A stretch of DNA of 51,718 nucleotides. It comes from Batkoa obscura (taxonomy: Eukaryota). The translations under genes were made by a program, and so were the position numbers. The notes below the pieces were generated by a model that did not search any database, was not told where the DNA came from, and saw only the letters and a program-made list of their open reading frames with translations. Position 1 is the first letter of the stretch. Each line of letters opens with the position of its first letter. Below, in pieces: positions 37,270 through 50,514 of the stretch. The DNA lies in contig JASVEC010000019.1 of the NCBI GenBank assembly GCA_030770535.1, forward strand, positions 930,001-981,718, given 5' to 3'.

Positions 37270-37985
37270 ATTTATAGTATAATTTTTTAGAAACTACTCT
37301 TCTGTAAAGAATTTTACACATTTTTTGAAAAAAAGGATAAAGTGCCTTAAAGTGATATTAGTGATGGCCCAACAATCAACCTATAGTTTATTATTAAATA
37401 ACTTAGTAGTGATATTATTACTATAAAAATCTAATAAAAATAAAGTCATCAAAGTAGCTAAGTGCTTTTGAACTTTGGTACAAAGTTTTGTCATACAGAG
37501 CTAGTCATCTTAATTACTTAAATACATTTGATAAGTTAGGCCTGTCAATTCTTTTTAGAATATCTAGAGCTAATCAGGCTAAGACTAGTTTGTGAAATAT
37601 AACCATAATTAAAAATAAAAAATTCTGTTTGCGATAAATTTAATTCAGAAGATCTATGCTTAAGCGGATAATTAGAAAAATTGCTTAAAATTATTATTAG
37701 GAGTATGGGATAAATTCATTGGTCTCTTTAAAATAAAAGACACCGGCTATAGTAATTTATCATTAAATTATTAATACTTTCGGTTCAATATGAAATAAAG
37801 TATCTGTACTGTTTAGGTTAAAGTATATATAAATGTTTACAGTTTCCAATATCATTTCACCGCAACTATTGTAAAAATGAAGTATATACCTTTGTTTCAT
37901 ACTTATAAACTGTTGAATAAAATTTCTCTCTTAGAGTAAAATTTAAATGAATATTTTTTTATTGATATATATCACATTATCATGT

Positions 37986-38081
37986 GGTGATGTTTTTGGC
38001 TTCATTACTTTTTCCATCTTTTAAGTGCTATTTGAGTGGAAAAATTGTTAATAAAATTCTTAAATACAAAAATACATCCCC
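37986..38081 (-). mobile_element. MITE copy
   Basis: Flanks ATGT/ATAT; family core. Confidence 0.85.
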
Positions 38082-38901
38082 ATATGTTATATTTCTAACA
38101 GTCTTTTCCCAAATGTCAGTTATAAATCAGAATAAAACTATTTTGATTAATTATTAGTTTTAAATTATAGAAGATTAAGTTAAAATTAAAATTAAATCAT
38201 TTATATTTTTAAAAAGAATGAATTATAAACATTGACATTCCAAGTCCTACTAAATACTGCTTAATATATTATCAAACTAGCAGGTTGGATGTATAGTTTA
38301 ACTAAGGCGGTATTTAAAAGCGCGAGATTTCTCTATAATTAATCTTACAAATAATCGTTATAAGCTATAACAAACAAAAGATAGGTTATATCAATATTGG
38401 TAAACTTCTAAATTAAATGAGTACTTGGAATTAAATTTATCCTAAAAACATATTTGTCAAAATTATATTTAACTATGTTTAAAACATTTGAGGTTTTCAT
38501 ATTTCAAAATTCAAAAAACATGCTTAATTTATAATCCGGTTTACCTACAATTTAAAAGCTACCTTAACCCGAACTTTTGCAAGAAGGAACTTTTTTTTAT
38601 GCGGGACAAAGCTTATTAAATGAATTGTGACAATTTTCCTTCATATGCTATATCAGATGAATTACAAATAAAGTAATGTTTCTTATTCAAGCTAACAAAT
38701 TAGAGTTTAATTTTATTTGAAGATCAATAATTCGCTATACAAAAGTGAAATCAATTAAGGATATGAGACAATTTAGTAAGAATTCTTTAGTAGAACATCA
38801 AGGATGGGATTTCCGGATAAACAAAGTTTCCAATAATCTGTATAAATAAACAAAAAAAAGCTAAAAATTAAATTTTAATCTTTTAATAGTTATATAAATA
38901 A

Positions 38902-40188
38902 ATGATCAATATTATGGAAAACAACACTAATTTATATCAAGTATTAAATGTAAAGCCAGGGTGTACACAATCTCAATTAAAGAACGCTTATTATAAGTTA
39001 GCAAAAGAATATCACCCTGATAAAAATCCAACTGCTGGGGATAAATTTAAAGAGATTTCGAATGCCTATGAAACTTTGATAAATTTAGAGGGATCAACAA
39101 TAAATAATGAAACAAATATAAAAAAGCAGTATAATAACCCAAACTCAGTATCAGATGATTTGTTTTCTCAATTGTTCACCTCAAATAATGGTAAAGAAAG
39201 AGAGTTCAAGTGCCATTATAGCGGATTTAATAAAAACATGTCACCTAAAAAGGGCAAAGATGTAGCTCATATTTTGAGAGTTTCCTTAGAAGATTTATAT
39301 AATGGAAAAGTTTTCTACCCAAAGTTAAACAAAGATGCTATATGTCAAAACTGTAATGAGTTTTATAATACTTCAGTTGATATGGAACCTTGCTCGACTT
39401 GTAATATGACACGATTTATTTCAAAGTATAGAACGGTGGGTCCAATGCTACAAAAAGTGAAAGTTGCTTGTATAGATTGTAAAGGAAGAGGCGAAGTTCC
39501 ATTAAGAAAAAATCAATGTGAGGCTTGTAACGGTCGTCGAATAATTAATCAAAAAAAGATATTTCGTGTAAATATTGAAAAGGGCATGGTTGATAAACAG
39601 CGTATTATCTTTGAAAGAGAAGGAGATCAAGCACCTTCCTTAGTTCCTGGTTCTATAATATTTGTCGTCGAACAAAAGCCTCATGAAAAATTTGTTAGAA
39701 AAAACAGTGATTTACACTGTGAAGTTAAAATAAAGTTGTCAACAGCTTTATGTGGTGGTCGGATAGTAATCAAACATTTAGATGGCAGAGAATTATTGCT
39801 ATCGGTTCTTCCTGGAGAAATAAACAAATCAGGTAAATGATTGTAATATTATCAATAATAGATATACTAATGTTTTTTAGGCGATACTAAGATTGTTCAA
39901 AGTGAAGGAATGCCCATCTATCATCAATTAGAAAAAGGCGATTTGTATGTTAAATTTGACATTGAATTCCCATCTCCCTATTGGCTTACTCCTAATAATC
40001 TTGAGCTTTTATCACAATTGCTACCACCTGAAGAACCAATATCAAATTTGGAAAAGTACGAGGAAGTGGTTTTATCTGATGTAAATTCCTCCCGTTCAAA
40101 AGAAAATGATGAAAACGACAACCGACCTAGTAATTTACCTGATAGTTCATCACAGTGCTATTCTGGGGTTCAATGTGGCCAACAGTGA
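38902..40188 (+). CDS. Type I DnaJ/Hsp40 co-chaperone (Ydj1/Xdj1-like)
   Basis: J-domain with HPD, four CxxC motifs, C-terminal CaaX-type CGQQ; intron 39833-39880. Confidence 0.9.
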
Positions 40189-40536
40189 TTTGTCACAATA
40201 GTTTAATAGTTTTTGAGCTAACCATATTTTTTAGAAATCCTTTTTAACTTAATAATGTTTATATAACTGTCTTCTCCTTTAACTTAGTTTAATGTAATAA
40301 AAATGATATGATTTTGCAAAAATAATTTTTATTAAAAAATTTAAGGTATAGTTTCTATATGAAATAAAATTGATATGAAATTTAATTTTAGTATTAAATA
40401 TTGTGATGCTCAATGAAATCATATTTTTGCAGAGTTTTAGTTCAAAATTATTGGCTACTATATGTAAATTTGCATTTTATGCATATTCTTAGTTCTAATA
40501 TTTTTCTAAAAAATGATAAACATGAATCTTTAAACT

Positions 40537-41704
40537 ATGGAAATGTTAACAAATGATGAAAGTATTAAGGAACTGGTATGGTATAGTAAAATACCTGTAA
40601 TATTCCAATTTAATACAGAGGATAAAATAAACCTACCTTCTACCCCTCCAAATTTAGAGTTTGAAGAGTATTATGTAACTTAAATTAAATTAATTTTATT
40701 ATACTAAATCGGATTATCATTAGACATTAGTACCAAAAAACTCTTACTTTAGTTTAAATTTATTTAAGGTTGTAACCTATATCTTTTTAAATGTCATGAA
40801 TGATCCGGATTTCTCTTGGGAAGAAATATGGCTAGAATATAAAGGTATTCCTTTAAAATGGTATTAAATTTATATAATAATTATGAATATAAATTCATCA
40901 TGATAGGCATTTTCCTGTAGGTCTTTTGCATGATTTATTAACTCATAAAGATAAAATAAGTAATATCAAGAAAGACACTTGGGAGGTGGTCATAAGGTAT
41001 GGTAATTATCCATCGGACAAACTATATCGTGTTGCAAAGTTCACAGCAGAAAATCCACTACCAGATTCAGATTATTTTATGTCAATGATAAAGGAGGTAA
41101 TTAAATATTTGAATAAACTACTACAGATATATTAATTGGATTAAAGTCAAATTATATAAGGCACGGAAATACTAAAAAGGTGATGAATCTAACAAAGGAG
41201 GAGCATATTCAATTATGGGAATCTTTGATATCTCGTAAGCTGGTTTAACATTTTACTAAATAGTTATTAAATTGAATAAATTTAGATGATTTTAAAGCCT
41301 TTTGGAATATACAATCTACTTTGAATAGCTATGATTTAACTTTGAATTTTAAAGAGAGTAACAACAACGAATTCCCAAAACATATTCCATTTCGATTATA
41401 TTATTCTGACAGCTCAAAAACTTTAGATTACCCAAGCGTAATTCAAGAGCTTATTTCACCCTTTAATTCTGAAGAAAATGAAAAAGAAGAAACAAATGAT
41501 AAATTAATAACAATAGGAGATTGTGTTTATAATATTTTAAAAGACATAGTAAATATCCAGGACATGAGCAGAGATTTGGATACTTTCGATGTAATAATTC
41601 AAAGTATAAGTGTACCATTAAATACTCCTTTAATCTGGCTTTATCTCCATTTAATGTATCCAGATAGTTTTTTACATATAGTTGTGACTGATAAAAAAAG
41701 TTGA
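40537..41704 (+). CDS. ATG5: Autophagy protein 5
   Basis: Five exons (40537-40674, 40724-40860, 40907-41096, 41147-41234, 41286-41704) giving VWYSKIP, PKNSYF, PLKWHFPVGLLHDL, MIKE (conjugation Lys), QLWES, IPFRLY, YPDSFLHIVV. Confidence 0.9.
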
Positions 41705-42155
41705 AAGGTTCTGTGCTCAATGATATGGATTGACTTCTCTCTATATAAAAATACATTTTGATGTATTTTTATTTTATTTGACTTTGTTATTTTTAAGTTT
41801 ATTATTAAAGATAAAAGATAATAAACATTGTGATAATTATTGTTTTATATTTTAGGAAATTTTTTATATCAATTTCATTATCCATTAATATATATATTTA
41901 CTATCATATATACATGTACTATTAGTATTGATTATACAATGGTCTATTTTTAAATTCAAATTATCCCATTTTATCGAAATAAGATTTTTGATTATCTTTA
42001 ATCTCTACAAAATCAATTTGGGAATTTAATTGGCTAATTTATAAATATTAAATTGAAGCAACTTCGTGTTTAAATATTATTTAGTTTACTTTAGGTAGAT
42101 TATATTTACTATAAATTAAAAGATCAAATATTAAGTTATTAAAAAAGAAATTAAA

Positions 42156-42840
42156 ATGGCAGGCGATAAATCTTGTTTAAGTTATGCTGGTGAAACAGGC
42201 CTTAAGTTCTCTGCTTTTGGATTCTTAGTTAGTGCTTATAAAAATGCAGTTCAAGTTCATAATGCTGGTGCTTTAGGAGTTTTCACTCGTACTGGTGGTG
42301 ATATTGGATATTATGGTACATTATATAGATCATACATAAAAAACAATACCAAAGAAGTCTTGAGATAAATTGGTTAAACTATCAAAGAAACAACAATATT
42401 TTAAGATTAATAATTAATTCATTTAATTTAGGTGTAACCGGGGTGGCTTTTGCTGCTACTACTTGTTTTGCTCAATCAATTAGAGAAAAAGATGATCATT
42501 GGAATAAAGCTATAGGAGGAGCAGTTGCAGGTGCCATTGCAGGCGCACGTTGTATGTTTAATAGTTTATAATGTTTATTTATTTTTAATTTTTTTAAGCT
42601 CAAAGAATTGGAAAAGTTGCTTTTGGGGCTTTTGCAGCTGGCTCAGCCATGTGGTTATATGGATTCTGTGGTGATAGTCTAGTAGGTGTGTATCAAGGAG
42701 AAACTGGAGAAGAATGGTTAAAACGTAGAGAACAGTTCTTAGAAAGCCCAGAAAATATGGAAAAGCGTAAACAACAAAAAGAACTTATCCAAGAAGCAAA
42801 GAAAAACTATTATCCCATTCCCAGCCCAACATCAGAGTAA
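42156..42840 (+). CDS. Tim17-family complex I accessory subunit (NDUFA11/21.3-kDa-like)
   Basis: Exons 42156-42315, 42432-42551 and 42599-42840; GALGVFTRTGG and IREKDDHWNKAIGGAVAG motifs. Confidence 0.8.
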
Positions 42841-43094
42841 ATCTATTTGATTAAAAACAAAAAAATATAAAAAAGTAATATTTATTTATTATAAATTTAA
42901 ATGCATATATATAATATAATATAATATAATATAATACAACATTAAGCAAATGTTTAAATATATTGTCTATAGTCTAGTGATATAATAAGATAATTGAATT
43001 TAAAATATATTGATTTGTTTATATTTATTATGATAAATAAAATAAAATAATTAAATAATAAAAGTAACAAATTACAGCAATAAAATGTTTTTAT

Positions 43095-44634
43095 TCAAGT
43101 GAAGATCAAATAATTAGATACAGCTAATGCAATTATCATAGTAAAAAATCCTAGTCCGTATTGTATAACTAATAACGAAGAAATGTGCCTTGCTTCTCCA
43201 GTTGGGTTATAGTATTGTGTTAAGATAAGTGTGGTTGTTGCAGATGGTACGCAGGAAGCAAACATTAAAACCAATTGAAGCACCTTTTCTTCTTTTGAAA
43301 TCCAATCTAAAGTAATGCATAATCTGACTAAAGGAATGCCTAAAAAATGAGTTTAATTATCAGATATTATATTTTATAGAAAAATACCGATTAATGGGGT
43401 AAGTATAAGTTTAATAAAGGCTACAACCAAAGTTAAACTTATTGGCACACTTTTAATTTCTAGAGTAGCTAAACCAGCACCCAAATTTAATAACCCAACT
43501 GGAATACATGCACCACCAAGGAATTGTGTAGTTGTAAATATTACATATAATGGTGGACTGATGCCAACTACATTGTATTGGTTATCTTTAAAAGGAACAA
43601 ATATTGGTTTCAATGGAGTTAAACCAACAATCAAACCGGATACAATGCCTATATTTACTGGGGTTGCTATAGCTATTACAATGGCTGAGATTTTTGCCAT
43701 TGTTTTATAAAACTTTGCCTTTATACTCAGATTAATAGTAGTTTGACTTTTATTGTATTGATTTATCTGCTCATTATTGTTATTATTAACATATTCGTTA
43801 TGGCCACTACTTATATTAGTTAAAGTATATTCAATAACTTCTTGTTCTTCTGCTTTTGAATTCATAATTTCAACATCTTGTTTATCGCCTTTAAAGTCTT
43901 TTTCAACAAGTTTATGCCCGCCCAGCGGGAACAATGTAACAGTAAATATAATTAAAAATACCGACACATAAGCAACACCGAGATCGCCGTCTTTTGGCTC
44001 AAAGGGTGGTAAGCTAGTAAAGTTTAAAATTACTGCTAAAGGAATATCGCCCTAAAGATATTAAAAAAAGGTCAACGATATTATAATATTAAACTACCCA
44101 ATTAGACCAAGTGGAAGCAACTATGATATTAATATTAATATGTCATATATATCAATGTAAGCATTTATAAATATAAATATATTCATCATGTATTATATAT
44201 TACCTATTAAAGCATAATTAAATGCATCTGGTAATCTCTTTTGAAATAGTCTACGAACTATAATACCACCTATTAAGCCAATCCCCATATAAATGAATAC
44301 AAATGGAATAACAACTCTAATGATATATATTAAAATGACAAATAGTATATACTATTTTATATTTACGCCATGCGTCTTAGTGAGTCAGGATTCACTGCAA
44401 CTGACATTTTACTAAACATCAGAGAAGGCACTAATGCATTTATATATACTTGTGACATTATTTTAGCTCCTACTGGCGTTAAGATCTTAGAACGAGCAAG
44501 CCATACGCCAATACCTTTTAAGACAATAAATGATAACAGATTAAGGATATATTTTTATTACCTCCTACTATTAATAATTGCATTATTGGATTTATTGAAA
44601 TCCATATTAATTTTTGTAATGGTGGAGCTTCCAT
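43095..44634 (-). CDS. Auxin-efflux-carrier/PIN-like membrane transporter (Mem_trans family, ECM3-like)
   Basis: Six exons joined by GT-AG introns; LIWISINPIMQL, VPSLMFSK, WSNWGDIP, GGACIPVGLLNLG, CVPSATT. Confidence 0.8.
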
Positions 44635-45163
44635 CTTAACAAAAGTAGTTTATAACTCATAATTATTTAAATTAGTATTGTGTTTAACATGTTAAAAGTT
44701 TACTATATATAGACAAAATTTTAAACTTGCGAGAGTAGCCTATGGAATTAAATATTCAGTATGCTTGAGATAACACTATCATTATAAATAAATATACAGT
44801 ATAGTATTTTAGTTAAAATGGCTCAAAGTATATACATATATGATTTTAATAATCCCTTAACAGGGTTATATCATAATAATATATTTCCTCTAAATACACT
44901 ACAATAAAAAATCTCTGATAATTTTCTAATAGCAATTAACAAAAAATTATATCATTTAAAACCCTTTTTAAATCTAATATAATTTTGTAGTGATATAGTC
45001 ACATTGAGTCACTTGTTAATTGCTATTGTTATTTTAATATTTGACCTTGATTTTAATAAGATTAATCAGCTTATGTTTTTATATCGATGTTTACAAAATA
45101 TTAATCATGGTTTGCTGCGTATAGACATATATAATTGAGTCAAGTTTTCTTTTGTTTTTTATT

Positions 45164-47843
45164 ATGGAGTTTGATAAATTTATTGAGGATATAAAGAAAG
45201 ATTTGGTAAAGTCAGGACTTAGTGGTTTGGCTACAAAAGATAGAACAAAGGAGCGTGAAAGTATTGATATATTTAATGATTACGCTAATTGGCAAAAAAG
45301 TCAGCCTAGTAAAGGAAGATGGCTTAATAAGAAAGAGTTTGAATTGATTTCTCAAGTGGATGATAAGGACATAATAAAGATTGATGGATGGAGATTAAGC
45401 GAAGCTTACTTTCGAAATATTATTAAGGGGAAGGATAAGTTTAATATTCAAGGTTTACCTGATATACCTGATGTTTTTGCTAGATCTTTATTTACTACAA
45501 ACTATAACAATGATGATTATAAAGTTATTTTAAGAGGATATGACAAATTTTTTAATATCAACGAAACACCTTTTACATCTTGGGATTTTCTGAAAAATAA
45601 CATAACTGGTCCTTGTGAAATTACCACTAAAGAAAATGGATGTATAATTTATGCTACTAATTTTAATGAGCAGTCATTTAAATTAGACGATAGGTTAAAT
45701 AAATATGATAGGTTATTGGTAGCATCGAAGAATAGTATAGGTTCTAAAGAAGACGATATTGATGGGATACTTAAACAACTCGAAAAATTAAACTTGGATG
45801 AGAGCACAAATAAAATAGATTTAAATAATATTAAAATAGCACATCATCAGATGGGAATTTATTGGATCAGAAAGCACTTAAAAAAAAGTGAGAACGAATT
45901 GGGTAACTTGTTAAAGTTTTTAAAACTTTTCGATATTACTTTAGTTTTCGAGGTACCATTTATTATTTATAAATTATTGTTGTTCTAACATGTCATTATA
46001 GTTATGTGATGATCAATTTCAAGAACATGTATTACCTTACCCACCTCATGAATCTGGATTATATTTACATGGGATTAATTTTAATAGATTAGAATTAGTT
46101 ACATGGCCAAGTGAATATGTTACTAAAGTAGCAAATTTTTTTGGGTTTATTCCTGTTGATTATATTGTTAAAGATAAGATCGATCAAGTTAAACAGTTTG
46201 GGGAAGAATGCAACGGGATTTATAAAAATAGAGCAATAGAAGGATTTGTAGTTCGTAGCTCAAATACAAAACATTGTTTTTTTAAAATAAAATACGATTA
46301 TCCATATTTAATGTATAGAGAGTGGAGGGAAATTACATTTAAATATCTCAAAGCAAATAAAGATTCCAAAAAGAAGTTTACATTTCGTCAAAGGTACCCA
46401 TTATCCAGGGCTTATTTCAAATGGCTTCAATCAAAAACAGTTAGTGATCCTAAGCTATTTAAAAATTATTTGGACTGGCAAGGTATAATTGAATCTAGAG
46501 AAGCATTTTTTGAAGATACGGGCTATACCTTAGATGATAATTTTAAGAAAGAAGACCAAGTAAATAACGAAGAAAATAAGAAAAAGATGATCATTTTACC
46601 AGTAGCAACAATAGGAAGTGGTAAAACAGTTGTTTCAAAATGTATCAGTAAAATATTCAATTTTCATCATATTCAAAGTGATGATTATAAAGATGGTAAC
46701 ACATTCTGTAGAGAAGTGCTAAATGCACTTAAAACATTTGACCATATTATTGCAGATAGAAATAATCAAACCGTTGAATTAAGAGAAAAAATTTTAACAC
46801 CAATTTTAGAAAAATATCCAAATGCAATAATTATTCCACTTCAATGGAACATTGATGAAAACAACTATGACTTTTCAATTTCAGATTACTTCAATTTTAC
46901 TTATCATAGAATACTTCAAAGAGGGAATAATCACCAAAAATTGACACCAAAAGGAACATTAGAAATGGAAAAAATTATGTGGAATTTTATTAATAGCTTT
47001 GAAAGTATTGATTCAGAATCAAATTTGATAGATAACACTTATCATAAACTTATTAGTATTGACTTAACAAAACCAATAGAAAATCAAATCTTAGACAAAG
47101 TCATACCTGTAATAAATGAAATAGAGAATCCACCAAAATTATTATTATCGCAATTACCAGATTTAAATCAAGTTGGTCAATTGTTAAAAGAATGCTTGAT
47201 CAGTGAAAGTAATGGAAAAGAATATTCTCTTAATTCAAAATATCCTTTAAAGTATATTGGGATATCTTTAGGTGAAAATATTTTGGAAATACTTAAAAAT
47301 AAGCTGGTGTCGCATAATAAGGATAAAGATATTAGTAAAAAAGCATTTCAATTCATTACCAAATCCTTTTCTAACAAAAGGTTTAACAACGATATGCCAT
47401 CCTTATTACATGTCACTTTAGCATTTAACAATAGCAAAGACAATGAGTTAATAGTACAAGACTATCTCAATGATGAACAAATAAAAGAATGGATTGGGAA
47501 AGGTGTCATAGTAATATTCGATAAATTAATATGGGAAGAGAATAAAGTCATGTGTTTATCTGTAAAAGAAATAAGGTATCTTCCTAAGGATGATAGTGAG
47601 CTTTATGGTGATAAAATATATATTAATAATAATAAAAAACCAGATGCTTTACAAGTTACTCAAAAGTATCTTCATGCTACTATAGGAACAATGAATGATA
47701 AAATTAAAGCTGTGGAATCAAATCTGATGCTAGAATCAATAGATAAAGGTGTTGGTGCTAACATAAATCAAATCCTATTTGATTCGCCAATTATAGCATG
47801 GGGTAGAGTTAGACCATTTTATTCATATGAAAAGAAAAAATAA
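45164..47843 (+). CDS. TRL1: Fungal trifunctional tRNA ligase
   Basis: Intron 45953-46001; ligase motifs ARSLF, RGYDKFFN, KENG, FELCDD..EHV, EGFV; kinase P-loop ATIGSGKT and ADRNN; phosphodiesterase HVTL and HATI. Confidence 0.92.
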
Positions 47844-47854
47844 ATGGTGTTTTT

Positions 47855-48470
47855 TTATAGAATGGTATTTAACATCTCCTGAAAGGCACCTGTTCTTTTA
47901 TCTGGAAACGGCTCTAAACTAAAAGTAGAATACTCATCAAAACTTAGAAAGAATGTTTTTAAGGTTCTAGATAGTAATATTAGTATTAATAAAAAAAAAT
48001 CGATAAATTTACTCTGGTTCACATATAAATGAATAATTGTTTTTTTTCATTTCAATAGCCAACTCTTTTTGATGATTATCCATTAATTTATTATTGACCA
48101 CTACTAATAACTTCTTTTTTAATCGTAAAGCTTCAATAATAGAACCAGAGCCTATTATAATAAGTATTAAAATTAAATATTGTATTTATTTTATATTACC
48201 TGCATGAGAAATAACAAAGTCCGCTTCTCTGTAAAAGTGAGTAAGGCTTTGATTAAAATCAAATAAATTAATTGTCATTTTATTTTTAAACTCATTTTTT
48301 AATTTTAGTAATTCATTTTGATTAACTTTAGTATTCCCAACTTGTAAATTAACTGTCTCAAAATGATTATTGAATAATAATGAAAGCACCTCTTTATTCA
48401 ATAAATGATGTATAAGTGATTCGAATTGTGTGGATCCAACTGTAATAAATAAATTCTTTGATTCTTTCAT
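47855..48470 (-). CDS. ALG13: UDP-GlcNAc transferase catalytic subunit
   Basis: Exons 48470-48200, 48151-48013 and 47966-47855; FITVGSTQF, VISHAGSGSIIEAL, VVNNKLMDNHQKELA. Confidence 0.9.
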
Positions 48471-48686
48471 CTTTTTTATGATTTATGTACAGTTCTAAAC
48501 AAAAATTAAATAAAAACTTTAGCACAACTTTGAAATAACTAAAGTATGCAAAAAATAAATTCTAAAAATAGTTTATTAATTTATAACTCAACGTCATCAA
48601 TATTATGAACAAAGAACGACTAATAGTGATGTCACCAAGGCAAACATATAAATAAGACTAAAAAGATGGATTGATTATTATTAAAA

Positions 48687-49165
48687 ATGTTTGGAAAGGA
48701 AATTGGAAAATTACAAATCACCTTAGGTAGCTCTATCTTTTTATATAAACAACAAGTATTAATTTGAGAAGTTGAAGGAAGGAATCTTCACAACGAAGAT
48801 ACTACTTTAGTTGGAAAAAATGATGCTTATGTCATTATCAAGTGTAACCACAAAAAAGAAAAGAGTCAAGTAATTAAGGGTGCAGGAAGCAGTGCTCAAT
48901 GGAATGAAACTTTCGAATTGTAATAGTATTTCATATTTAAATAACATTAATTAAACTACCATTTAGCCCAATTAAAGATGATAGTGAAGTCGAGGTTTCT
49001 ATTTACGATAAAGATACCCTTATTGATGATAAAATCGGTGAGGCTACCATCCCTATTCAAGGATTAGTTCAAAATGGATTTACTGAGTCTTGGTATGGCG
49101 TTGGTAAAGGTTCTAAAAACCGCGGAGAAGTCCTTCTTCGTATTCAGTATCATGCAAATCAATAA
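48687..49165 (+). CDS. Small single-C2-domain protein (about 128 aa)
   Basis: Exons 48687-48726, 48772-48919 and 48967-49165; VEGRNL, KNDAYV, AQWNETFEF, YDKDTLIDDKIG, RGEV. Not in the ORF track. Confidence 0.85.
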
Positions 49166-49805
49166 AATATTTATTGCTTTTTAATATTTTATGTTTAAAA
49201 GAATATTGAAATTTTGCTTAAAATAATAATTTAATGATGCTAACGACCTTGAGATAGATAATAATAGCAAATCATACTAAACATCACATATAGATCGCTT
49301 AGCTTAAATTAGTAACTTTTGATACTTTAAAAACTCAAGGGTTGATTTTTATATAGGGGAGAGAATAATAAATCACATTTTCATTATTTTTAGGAGTAAA
49401 ATTACCACGTTACTAAGGTTTCATATATTTTTATAAATAATGTTATAGTTTTTTGATGAGAAAGCTATTATAATAGAAAACGTTCTCTGTTAAATATTTT
49501 AAAGGCTTTTATATAAAAACACAAAAATTTATGATAGCTTAATAAATATAATAATTACACTGCTATAAATCTGACTGATGATAGGAATTTCCAATTGAGT
49601 TTAAAATAAGAGTTTATAAGTGTTTTATAAATAATTAAGTTTTGGTTAAACATTAATCACAGAGATATAGAATTACAACATCAATTTTTTTTACTATAAT
49701 GACTCTTGCTTTTTTTATAGAAAATACTTATTGTTGTAGTTGAAATTTTTTATGTTATAATAGACAATGAAAAAATTAAAAAGTAATTAAAAAATAACAC
49801 TATAT

Positions 49806-50008
49806 GGAGATGTATTTTTGTGGTTAAGAATTTTATTAACATATGGGGATGTTTTTTTGGCTTCATTACTTTTTCCATCTTTTAAGCACTGTTTGAGTGG
49901 AAAAGTTATTAGCAAAATCCTTAAACACAAAAATACATCCCCCCATATTTTCTGCTTAAATAGCGCTTAAAAAATGGAAAAAACAATGAAGTCAAAAAAA
50001 ACACTCTC
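49806..50008 (+). mobile_element. MITE copy interrupted by a nested MITE
   Basis: Outer TSD ATAT/ATAT. Confidence 0.85.
49845..49944 (-). mobile_element. Nested MITE copy
   Basis: TSD ATAT/ATAT (49841-49844 and 49945-49948). Confidence 0.9.
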
Positions 50009-50032
50009 ATATATTAAATAGAAAATAATTAA

Positions 50033-50067
50033 ATAATTGAATAATTGAATAATTGAATAATTGAATA
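50033..50067. repeat. Tandem repeat (ATAATTGA) x about 4
   Basis: Read directly. Confidence 0.85.
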
Positions 50068-50083
50068 TTTACAAATAAAATAT

Positions 50084-50185
50084 GGGGACGTATTTTTGTA
50101 TTTAAGGAATTTGCTAATAAAATTTCCGCTTAGAATAGCGCTTAAAAATGGAAAAAATAATGAAGTTAAAAAAACATTCCCTCTC
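50084..50185 (+). mobile_element. MITE copy
   Basis: TSD ATAT/ATAT. Confidence 0.85.
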
Positions 50186-50191
50186 ATATAT

Positions 50192-50289
50192 AGAGATGTA
50201 TTTTTTTATTTAAGAATTTTACTAACAATTTTTCCACTCAAATAGCATTCAAAAAATGGAAAAAATGATAAAGCTAAAAAACGCCCCTT
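50192..50289 (+). mobile_element. MITE copy, tandem to the previous one
   Basis: ATAT on both sides. Confidence 0.85.
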
Positions 50290-50514
50290 ATATGCTTACA
50301 AGCTTTATTTAATAAATATAAAAAGAAGACTTTTTAATATAATAATCCTTTTCTTTAAATTTTGTTTTTTGATCATGTTTTTTGTTAGTTTTATATAAGT
50401 CATTACTTTTTTTTACATAGTTTGCTTAACTATTACATATTATTTTATTTATTTGTAAATCTATTAGTTATTAAAGCTAATATTTTTTAGCTTATAAATG
50501 ATTAAATAAAATAC

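Noticed and set aside
1595..50293. Dispersed repeat as a CRISPR array or a TA-targeting Tc1/mariner MITE
   Set aside because: Eukaryotic context, irregular spacing and both orientations rule out CRISPR; copy-specific flanks show 4-bp TSDs rather than TA.
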